A stretch of 33,196 bases of DNA from the NCBI GenBank assembly GCA_043767805.1, contig JAYUGC010000079.1, positions 1 to 33,196 of the forward strand. Direction: 5' to 3'. A program made the position numbers and the translations under genes. This stretch comes from Pseudomonadota bacterium (lineage in GTDB: Bacteria > Bdellovibrionota > FAC87 > UBA2466). Within the stretch, counting starts at the first letter, position 1, and every line of letters starts with the position of its first letter. Below are positions 7,840-14,758 of this stretch, one piece after another. A model generated the notes under the pieces. The model had not been told where the DNA came from and made no database searches. It saw nothing but the letters and a program-made list of their open reading frames with translations.

Positions 7840-8325
7840 TTAGATCTTCACGGGCTTGCCGTTCGCGCCTATGAGCTCGAACTCCGCTTCGGTCACGGGC
7901 TGGACGGAAAGGCGGGATCCTTTTCTAAGGAGCACCATATCCTTTAGAGGGGCTAACTCTCGTAATTGAGCGAGAGGCAAAGGCGTACTGAAACGATGGG
8001 TGGCTTTCACGTCCACCACGCACCAGGGGGACTCGCCTTTGGCTTTGGCCTTGGGATCGAAGTACTCGCTCTTCGGATCGAGGGCGGCCGCATCGGGGTA
8101 GCCTTCGCGCACCACTTCGGCGAGGCCCACCACCGCCGAGGGCTCGGCGTTACTGTGATAGATGAGCACCCCATCTCCCTTTTTCAGCTCGTCGCGGAGC
8201 AGATTGCGGGCCTGGTAATTGCGCACGCCTTCCCAGTGAGTCGTGCGGCGGGGAGCCGCCACGAGATCCTCGAAAGAAAAAACGTCGGGCTCGGTTTTCA
8301 TCAGCCAGTATTTTCGTTTCGCCAT
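7840..8325 (-). CDS. EVE domain-containing protein (PUA-like, Thy28 family)
   Basis: KYWLMKTEPDVFSFEDL, WEGVRNYQARN, GDGVLIYHSN, YFDPK, RLSVQPVT are EVE signatures. Real start is probably the ATG at 8325 (MAKRKYW), not 8457. Confidence 0.92.
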   Translation of the reverse strand: MAKRKYWLMKTEPDVFSFEDLVAAPRRTTHWEGVRNYQARNLLRDELKKGDGVLIYHSNAEPSAVVGLAEVVREGYPDAAALDPKSEYFDPKAKAKGESPWCVVDVKATHRFSTPLPLAQLRELAPLKDMVLLRKGSRLSVQPVTEAEFELIGANGKPVKI

Positions 8326-8440
8326 GGGGAGCGAATACCAAAAGTGCACAGCTCTTGTCGAGCCTGAGCGGTGTCTAAGAACCGAAAGACTGTCGTGCCC
8401 CTTTTTGTTCCGCGCCGCACTTGGGCCCTTGCCCCTGCCG

Positions 8441-8456
8441 CGGAACGGCTCTTGCA
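8441..8456 (+). promoter_or_regulatory. Candidate sigma54 -24/-12 promoter for the Gly/Tyr-rich secreted protein
   Basis: CGGAACGGCTCTTGCA: GG-N10-GC spacing with TTGCA, about 90 nt upstream of ATG 8544. Confidence 0.5.
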
Positions 8457-8543
8457 ATGACCTAGATCAAAGATGTTTGGTGTGGATGGGTAACCGTGGA
8501 ACGCTTCGCTTTGCGATTCACGGTAGTCTCGGGAGGTGCTCGT

Positions 8544-8939
8544 ATGAAAGCGATAGCTAGATTCTTCGTGGCGGCGACACTCGCCTTTACGTTAACGGTT
8601 TCGTATAACGCGCGCGGTAAGGATCACGGAAGTGCATCCGGTTTCGCCGCTCCCGTCCACCGGCCTCGCGCCGTTTGCGGCGCGTGGGGATGTTACGTAT
8701 TTCCGAAACGTGGCCTGCGGCGGTTTCGCAATTTTTCGCTCTTCCTGAATATCGGCGGCTACCAACCCTACTACGGATACGGCGGCTATAATCCCTACGG
8801 GTATGGCGGTGGATACGGGTACGGTTATGGTGGCGGATACGGTTACGGATATGGCGCGTACGGCCCGTACCCTCCCGGCGATTATCGCAACGCTTACGCC
8901 GGACTTTTCGGAAGCTACCGGTTTCCGCCCGCGTATTAA
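8544..8939 (+). CDS. Small secreted protein with Gly/Tyr-rich low-complexity C-terminus
   Basis: GGAGG at 8532-8536, ATG 8544, signal peptide MKAIARFFVAATLAFTLTVS; GGYQPYYGYGGYNPYGYGGGYGYGYGGGYGYGYG. Confidence 0.75.
   Translation: MKAIARFFVAATLAFTLTVSYNARGKDHGSASGFAAPVHRPRAVCGAWGCYVFPKRGLRRFRNFSLFLNIGGYQPYYGYGGYNPYGYGGGYGYGYGGGYGYGYGAYGPYPPGDYRNAYAGLFGSYRFPPAY
8805..8852 (+). repeat. Two imperfect 24-nt tandem units encoding GGGYGYGY
   Basis: ggcggtggatacgggtacggttat / ggtggcggatacggttacggatat. Confidence 0.7.
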
Positions 8940-9055
8940 CGGTTTCTTAACAACCCACTCTGGTCGGATGAAAGTTAAACGAGGGCCCCGGTCTCCAACC
9001 GGACCGGGACCGCGACTCTCTCCCCAGGGGTTGGCCTCGTGGTAAACTTCCGGGC

Positions 9056-11014
9056 ATGCCTTCTCTGATTCGTGCTTTTTTCCTCGGGGTTCTTTTTGCG
9101 GTGCTTCCTCTCCAAGCTTTGGGCGTTTCCGCCAAGGGGGGAATCGAAGCTTTGGGCCAGCAAAAGGTCTGGCTTAACGCCTCGCGACCCTTGAAGGGCG
9201 AGGACCTCCAAAATCGGCTGCTCGTTCTGCATTTCTGGAGTTACGGCTGTCTGGAATGTCTGGACGTCATGCAGGATCTCGCGGCCATCGAGGCCGAGCA
9301 GGGAGCCGCGGTCACGGTCATCCACGTGCACTCCCCCCAATTCGATCCCGAGAAGGAGACGGACTCGCTCCGATCCGCGCTGCTGAAAAATGACATCCGC
9401 GGCCTGGTGGTGAAGGACAGTTCCCTTGCCGTTCTCAATGCGTTTGCGTTGCGGGCGCGGCCTTCGCTCGTACTCGTGAGGCCGACAGGAGAGCAAGAGC
9501 GCATCTACACGGGATCGGGGCAGGGAGAAAAAGTGCGGCGGGATGTCGCGCGCCTGGTCGAAGAGTACGGCAAGAAGTTGAATCGCGATCCGCTCCCCCG
9601 CTCATGGGAAGGGGCGACGGAAAAAAGCACGGGCGCGCTTCGCTTTCCGGGAAAACTCATTTATGCCCTCGACCCGAAGGGGGAAGGCCTTCTTTTCATT
9701 TCCGACGCGGGCCACAACCGCGTTCTGGGCGTTGTCGCTTCAGGGCCGGAAGCGGGTAACGTCCGCTATCGTCTCGGCGTTTCAGGTCAGCCGGGGAGTA
9801 CCGACGGATCTTTCGCCGACGCTCGCTTCAAGCAGCCTTCGGGTTTGTTTTACGACGGGGGAATGCTGTATGTCGCCGATCGCGGGGGCCACACCATCCG
9901 GAAGGCTGATTTCGCGAGCGGGCAAGTGACCACAGTCGCGGGCACCGGCGATCGAAAAACGATCCTCAATTTCAAAGGCGCTGGTGCGCTGCGGACGCCC
10001 GTCGCTTTTCCCTACGACGTGGCGGAATCGCCCAATCCAAATGAGCTGGCGATCTCTCTTGGCTCCGGCACGCAGATCTGGAGCTACAGTCCCGAGCGCG
10101 GGTTACTCACCGTTCTGGCGAGCCGCGAGACTCCGGGCTTGGAAGACATCGCCACGCCCGACAGCCTGCCGTTTCAGCCCACGGGAATTACCACTTTCCA
10201 GAATGAGCTCTACTTCGCCGATTCCGAAGCGTGCATGCTGGGAACGCTGAAGCAAAAAAAGGCGGACATTTTGATGGGTAAAGGCTCTCTCCCTTTCGGC
10301 TTCTCCGACGGAAACCGACTGAAGGGCATGCTGCAGTACCCCACCTCTCTTTTCGCGGACGCTTCCGGTCTCTACGTGGCAGACACTTTCAATCACGCCA
10401 TCCGCCGCTTCGATCGCGCGACGGGAAAGCTCGAGACCATAGCGGGGGACGGCAAGCCGGGCCGCGAGATGGGCCAGCTCCGGCTCTCTCGTTTCAACGA
10501 GCCCTCGGGCGTCACCAAGGTCGGAGACATTCTCTATGTTTCCGATACGAACAATCACCGCATTCAAATGCTCGATTTGAAAAAGCACGCGGTGCGCCCG
10601 TTTCCCGTGCACGAAACGGCTTCCGACTCTCGGCGGCTTTCGCAGGTCTTGCCCAATACCAAATCGGTTCCCAGCCAAAAATTCAAAGCGGGGGCGCCGA
10701 TCCCCATGCGGATAGCGCTGCCGGCCGGGTGGATTTGGGACGCGAAGGCGCCCAGCTACCTCGCGCTCTTCGAGATGGGCAATCCTCCGCAGATGATAAA
10801 GGAGTGGATCGGCGAAACGTTGCGGGCGTCCTCGCTTCAACTGCCGCCGCTCCGTCGCACGGCCGTTTACCGGCTTCAGGGAACTCTGCATTACTGTGAG
10901 GCCAAGGACCCGCAGGTCTGTGCTTTCGAAAGCCGTGACATGGACCTGCAGGGCGTAAAGAAATCCCCGCTCCGTAAGCTGGACGTGGTGTTGTCAGTCC
11001 TGCAACGTTCTTGA
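9056..11014 (+). CDS. Thioredoxin-like plus NHL-repeat beta-propeller protein (NHLRC2/SOQ1-like architecture), with signal peptide
   Basis: LHFWSYGCLEC, VIHVHSPQF..EK, LRFPGKL, LFISDAGHNRV, LYVADTFNHAIR, FNEPSG, LYVSDTNNHRI; C-terminal YC...C domain. Confidence 0.88.
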   Translation: MPSLIRAFFLGVLFAVLPLQALGVSAKGGIEALGQQKVWLNASRPLKGEDLQNRLLVLHFWSYGCLECLDVMQDLAAIEAEQGAAVTVIHVHSPQFDPEKETDSLRSALLKNDIRGLVVKDSSLAVLNAFALRARPSLVLVRPTGEQERIYTGSGQGEKVRRDVARLVEEYGKKLNRDPLPRSWEGATEKSTGALRFPGKLIYALDPKGEGLLFISDAGHNRVLGVVASGPEAGNVRYRLGVSGQPGSTDGSFADARFKQPSGLFYDGGMLYVADRGGHTIRKADFASGQVTTVAGTGDRKTILNFKGAGALRTPVAFPYDVAESPNPNELAISLGSGTQIWSYSPERGLLTVLASRETPGLEDIATPDSLPFQPTGITTFQNELYFADSEACMLGTLKQKKADILMGKGSLPFGFSDGNRLKGMLQYPTSLFADASGLYVADTFNHAIRRFDRATGKLETIAGDGKPGREMGQLRLSRFNEPSGVTKVGDILYVSDTNNHRIQMLDLKKHAVRPFPVHETASDSRRLSQVLPNTKSVPSQKFKAGAPIPMRIALPAGWIWDAKAPSYLALFEMGNPPQMIKEWIGETLRASSLQLPPLRRTAVYRLQGTLHYCEAKDPQVCAFESRDMDLQGVKKSPLRKLDVVLSVLQRS

Positions 11015-11105
11015 TACCTTGCGGCAGGAGTGCTTGCCGTTCCCGCTTTCTTGATGCTGGATACTTTGAACTGGCCGAAGGTCGGCCTATTTTTGGAGGT
11101 ATCCC

Positions 11106-11501
11106 ATGTCTCGTTCTTTTTCTTCCGTGGTCGTCGCCCTCGTGGCGTTCGTGACCTTGAGCTCTTCGGCGTTTGGCGCTTGGAGTGAAATCCTGTCCTT
11201 GAACGTTCCCATGAACGGCACGTTCCCCACCACGAACCTCATCCGCACGAGCCGCATGAAGCTCATCAAGACGGGTCAGGATTGTCCCCGCGTCCGCACG
11301 AATTTCACGGCGCTCGGCCGTGATTTGAGCGGTCAGCTCGTGCTGACCCTCGGCTTGAACGCCATCGGTCAGGACTCTTACGGCAACAGCGTGTATCAGG
11401 TGAATCCGTTTGCGACGATCTACGACTTCGTCTTGCAGACGACGGCCGGCGGCCGCAACGCGGATTGCACGTACACGTTCTACGCCGAAACGCTCGACTA
11501 A
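11106..11501 (+). CDS. Hypothetical secreted protein (131 aa, two Cys)
   Basis: GGAGG RBS at 11095-11099, signal peptide ending SSAFG, followed by a strong terminator. Confidence 0.75.
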   Translation: MSRSFSSVVVALVAFVTLSSSAFGAWSEILSLNVPMNGTFPTTNLIRTSRMKLIKTGQDCPRVRTNFTALGRDLSGQLVLTLGLNAIGQDSYGNSVYQVNPFATIYDFVLQTTAGGRNADCTYTFYAETLD

Positions 11502-11520
11502 GCTTTCGGTTCGTTCTTTG

Positions 11521-11559
11521 AAAGGCCGCCTTCTCCGGAAACGAGAGGGCGGCCTTTTT
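11521..11559. terminator. Rho-independent terminator, probably bidirectional
   Basis: AAAGGCCGCCTTCTC-cggaaac-GAGAGGGCGGCCTTT then TT, between convergent genes. Confidence 0.85.
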
Positions 11560-11569
11560 CAATTCTCTT

Positions 11570-13711
11570 TCAGCCCGCGCCGAAAGTTCTTCGGAGCAGG
11601 TAGTACTCGTTGTAGGGCCGATCGTCGGAGACCCGGATCCGGGGGTTCTTGATTAGGGACGCCGGAGCGATTTCGCTGTCTAGAAACCGCTTCACGAAAG
11701 TGAAAGGATCCTTGGTGCCAGCGTCCGGCCACTCCACCAGATCGCGCTGAGAAATCTCGCTCACCTTCGCGAGAATATCCGCCTCGGTCATCTTTGGGAG
11801 CGGAGTCAGGGACGCAAAGAAATGATGTCCGCCTCTGGCGACCGGAGGGCTGAAGACCCGCACGTACGGGAACGCCTCGAACACCGATTTCGCGACGGCC
11901 TCGACCGTTTTGCGCTCGGTATCGGGGAGCCACTGTTGCAGCATGCCTCCCGGTTTCAGCTTCGCTTTGGCGAGCTCGTAGAATTCCCGCGAGTAGAGAA
12001 GGCTGGAGCCGGCCGCCGCCGTCGGAGGCGGCGGATCGATGGTGATCAAATCGTACGTGTCCCTGGTGCGGCGCAAATAGCGACGGCCATCGTCGACGAT
12101 GATGCGAGCGCCGGGCCTTGAGACGATCTCGGGCGCCTCGGGGAAGAAGTAAGAAAAGGCCAGTGGCACGCTCGGCACTAGCTCCACCGCGGTCACGTCG
12201 ATATTCCATTGCCTGAGCGATCGGAACGTCGTTCCCATGCCGAAGCAAATGACCAGCGCCGACTTCGGCTCGGTGAGATGGGCCATCGGGAGGTGCGCCA
12301 TCACTTTCGTAATGGTGGTGAGCTTCGTCATGCCCATGCCGTTCACGAGAAGCATCTTATCGAAGCCGTTGCCGTACGCGATGACCGAGGCGGTGTGATC
12401 GCGCAGGATCCGCGCTTCCGTATCGGTCGCGCGCCATTGATCTTCGTAAGTGCGAGCCAGCAGAGCGACGAAAATCATCGTGGCTACCACCGGAACAAAG
12501 CGCAAGCTGGGGCGGTTCCAGACAAGCCAGGCGCCGAGATAGGGTACCGCGAGCCAAACCAGAGAGCTTTGCGTGCCAAGCACCGGCAAGAAAAAATAAG
12601 ACGCCGCCAAAGGCCCGAGGATGCAGCCCAAGACGTTCATGCCGTAAGCAAAGCCAGCCGCGTGCGGGCGTCCCCCCGAAACGCGATCGATGAGCTGAGG
12701 CGTCAGATAGCCGAGGCCCAGGCAAAATGGGAAAATGCCGACGAGAACGCCGAGGACGCCGAGCCTAATCCGCGGGTCGGTCGGCAGTAAGGGAAAGATC
12801 GCGGCGAAGCAAAGGAAGTAGAGAAGGTGCTCCGTGCTGACGAGCCGGCCCTTGGCGAGATGGCGGCGATAAAGCAACGAGCCCACCCAGGTCGCGAGGA
12901 GGTACATGAGAAGCAGACCCGCGAATGAGTACACTTCCGTGCGCATGACCGGAGCGAACGCGCGGGTCCACACCACTTCCATTGCCATGGAGGTAAAGCC
13001 CGTCAGAAAAAGCGTCGCCAGGGCCTTGGGCGAACGCCTCGCTTGGAACGGAACTTCGGGCATCATCGGTTTGTGCGCCACCGGATGGCGTCGGGCCATG
13101 TCGAGCGCGAGCCAGGCGACGGTGACGTTCAAGACCGCCGCGACCGTAAGCGTTCCGCGAAACCCAAGCGTCTCCACAAGCACCACGGCGGTGAGAAACG
13201 TGCCGGCCAGCGCGCCGAGCACATTGGCCAAGTACAAAAAGCTAAAGCTGGATGATTCTTCCGGCAGGAGCCGTCTGAGGTAGGCGAGCAAAAAAGGAAA
13301 GGTCGCTCCCATGGCGATGCACCACGGAAGCAGCGCCACCGCCACGCCGAGTGAAGACCAAAACAAATAGGAGCCGGTGTTCGATCCACCGAGCGGAAGA
13401 AGCCGCGTCTCGCCCCACGCCATCAGGAGGGGCACGGCAAACGCGCCGAGGCCGAGCGTCGCCTCGGCAATCGCGTAAAACTGCGCGCCGTTTAAGCCCG
13501 TGCGCTCGCAAAGGGCGTCGACCCATTTACCCGCGCCCCAGGAGCCCAGAAAAAGTCCCGCCATGAAAACGGAGAGGATCACCGAGAGCACCGGAGTCAC
13601 GACGCCGAAAGCCGCGAAGCCGAGTCTCACCCAAACGATTTGGTAGAGCAGTCCGCAGAAGCCGGACAAAAAGAACATGAGAAAGAGACGGCGACGTAGG
13701 GGACCAGACAT
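11570..13711 (-). CDS. Fused membrane (MFS-like) / spermidine-synthase-like SAM-binding protein
   Basis: N-terminus FFLSGFCGLLYQIVWVR..., repeated LY.AN.LGA.AG and YGMNVLGCILG segments; C-terminus LVICFGMGTT, VELVPSV, DDGRRYL, YDLITID, LYSREFY..LKPGG. AAGGAG RBS. Confidence 0.87.
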   Translation of the reverse strand: MSGPLRRRLFLMFFLSGFCGLLYQIVWVRLGFAAFGVVTPVLSVILSVFMAGLFLGSWGAGKWVDALCERTGLNGAQFYAIAEATLGLGAFAVPLLMAWGETRLLPLGGSNTGSYLFWSSLGVAVALLPWCIAMGATFPFLLAYLRRLLPEESSSFSFLYLANVLGALAGTFLTAVVLVETLGFRGTLTVAAVLNVTVAWLALDMARRHPVAHKPMMPEVPFQARRSPKALATLFLTGFTSMAMEVVWTRAFAPVMRTEVYSFAGLLLMYLLATWVGSLLYRRHLAKGRLVSTEHLLYFLCFAAIFPLLPTDPRIRLGVLGVLVGIFPFCLGLGYLTPQLIDRVSGGRPHAAGFAYGMNVLGCILGPLAASYFFLPVLGTQSSLVWLAVPYLGAWLVWNRPSLRFVPVVATMIFVALLARTYEDQWRATDTEARILRDHTASVIAYGNGFDKMLLVNGMGMTKLTTITKVMAHLPMAHLTEPKSALVICFGMGTTFRSLRQWNIDVTAVELVPSVPLAFSYFFPEAPEIVSRPGARIIVDDGRRYLRRTRDTYDLITIDPPPPTAAAGSSLLYSREFYELAKAKLKPGGMLQQWLPDTERKTVEAVAKSVFEAFPYVRVFSPPVARGGHHFFASLTPLPKMTEADILAKVSEISQRDLVEWPDAGTKDPFTFVKRFLDSEIAPASLIKNPRIRVSDDRPYNEYYLLRRTFGAG

Positions 13712-14037
13712 TCGATTAGCTCTCCTTCAGAAAAAACGAAGTCTGGAGGATAGAGTAAATCTGAGGATTTGGCGAAGCCGTTCGTGGCGTCACGGACGGC
13801 GTACGGCTACTCGCGTCAATTCGCGTGGGCTATTCACTTTAGGGTGAGGAAGTAAGACGACACGTGACGTCCGTGTCGATCTGAGTCTTGTGGAGGGCCG
13901 CAGTCAGGTGACCCCGAGTGCGCGGGGGCGTTCGTTCCCTCTCGATTCAGGGTCACTCGGGTTCCATCGGAAGCCGTGCAACCGGCGAACGGCAAGATCT
14001 GAACCTGGTTCAAAGAACGTGGACGAAGGAGATAGCA

Positions 14038-14409
14038 ATGAAACTGAGTACCCGGACTCTCAAGATGATGGCCGTGTCGATGTTGGTCGCCGGTCTGTCT
14101 CATGCCCAAAGCGTGAAGCCGATTTTGAAAGGAACGATCAAGGTGGCCGCCGAGAGTAAGCCCATACGGGCCATGCTCTATAGTGATGGACGCTCGGACT
14201 ACGTTAGCCTCTCGTACGATCTGATGGCGAAGCTGTACGTCGGAGCCGTACACATTTCCAGCGACGCCTGTTTCACTTATTACAACTTCGCGGGAGTGAC
14301 GAAGCAGGGCGAATCCCTTTCGCTGAGCACCGCTCAGGTAAAGCGGGACCGCAATTCTAAATCGGTTTGTATCCTGGGATACCCTCAGGTCAATACCAGA
14401 GGAATTTAG
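14038..14409 (+). CDS. Hypothetical secreted protein (123 aa)
   Basis: AAGGAG RBS then ATG 14038; signal peptide MKLSTRTLKMMAVSMLVAGLSHA; two Cys. Confidence 0.7.
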   Translation: MKLSTRTLKMMAVSMLVAGLSHAQSVKPILKGTIKVAAESKPIRAMLYSDGRSDYVSLSYDLMAKLYVGAVHISSDACFTYYNFAGVTKQGESLSLSTAQVKRDRNSKSVCILGYPQVNTRGI

Positions 14410-14461
14410 ATCAATCCGGGAGCTTGTGACCTTATCTCGCGCGTGTTCGGTAACCTGGAGT

Positions 14462-14522
14462 AAAAAAACTAAGTAGTCCTTTCCTACCGGTACCCGGGGG
14501 GGGAATCGGTAGGAAAGGACTA
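14462..14522 (-). terminator. Long hairpin with U-tract, probable terminator of the tRNA-Ser/trailer transcript
   Basis: Perfect 16-bp inverted repeat TAGTCCTTTCCTACCG (14474-14489) / CGGTAGGAAAGGACTA (14507-14522); on the minus strand followed by CTTAGTTTTTTT. Confidence 0.65.
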
Positions 14523-14592
14523 TGAGGAGGAGGTTAAGGATTAATCCTTAACGTTAACCCTTAAGGATTCCATTCGACGAGGGCGAATGGAA

Positions 14593-14678
14593 TGGCGGAG
14601 AGGGAGAGACTCGAACTCTCAAACCCTTACGGGTGCCGCATTTCGAGTGCGGTGGCATACCAATTTGCCTACCTCTCC
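14593..14678 (-). tRNA. tRNA-Ser (anticodon CGA)
   Basis: Reverse complement GGAGAGG...CCGCA-CTCGAAA-TGCGG, long variable arm ACCC-GTAA-GGGT, T arm GAGAG-TTCGAGT-CTCTC, CCTCTCC-G-CCA (G discriminator, encoded CCA). Confidence 0.95.
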
Positions 14679-14758
14679 GGATTGGTAGACGCTCAAAATG
14701 AGCGCCCTAAATTCTCAAGACTTTGAGGCATTGTAAAGGTTTAGCCGGGCGGACGGCG

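Noticed and set aside
8760..8860. Short repeats as a CRISPR array
   Set aside because: They are in-frame Gly/Tyr codon repeats without spacers; no cas genes.
11021..11037. Sigma54-like GGCAGGAGTGCTTGC upstream of 11106
   Set aside because: GG-to-GC spacing is 11, not the required 10.
14410..14592. Integrative element or prophage attachment at tRNA-Ser
   Set aside because: No integrase, and no convincing duplicate of the tRNA 3' end found by eye in the window; a 10-nt match inside remA is probably chance.
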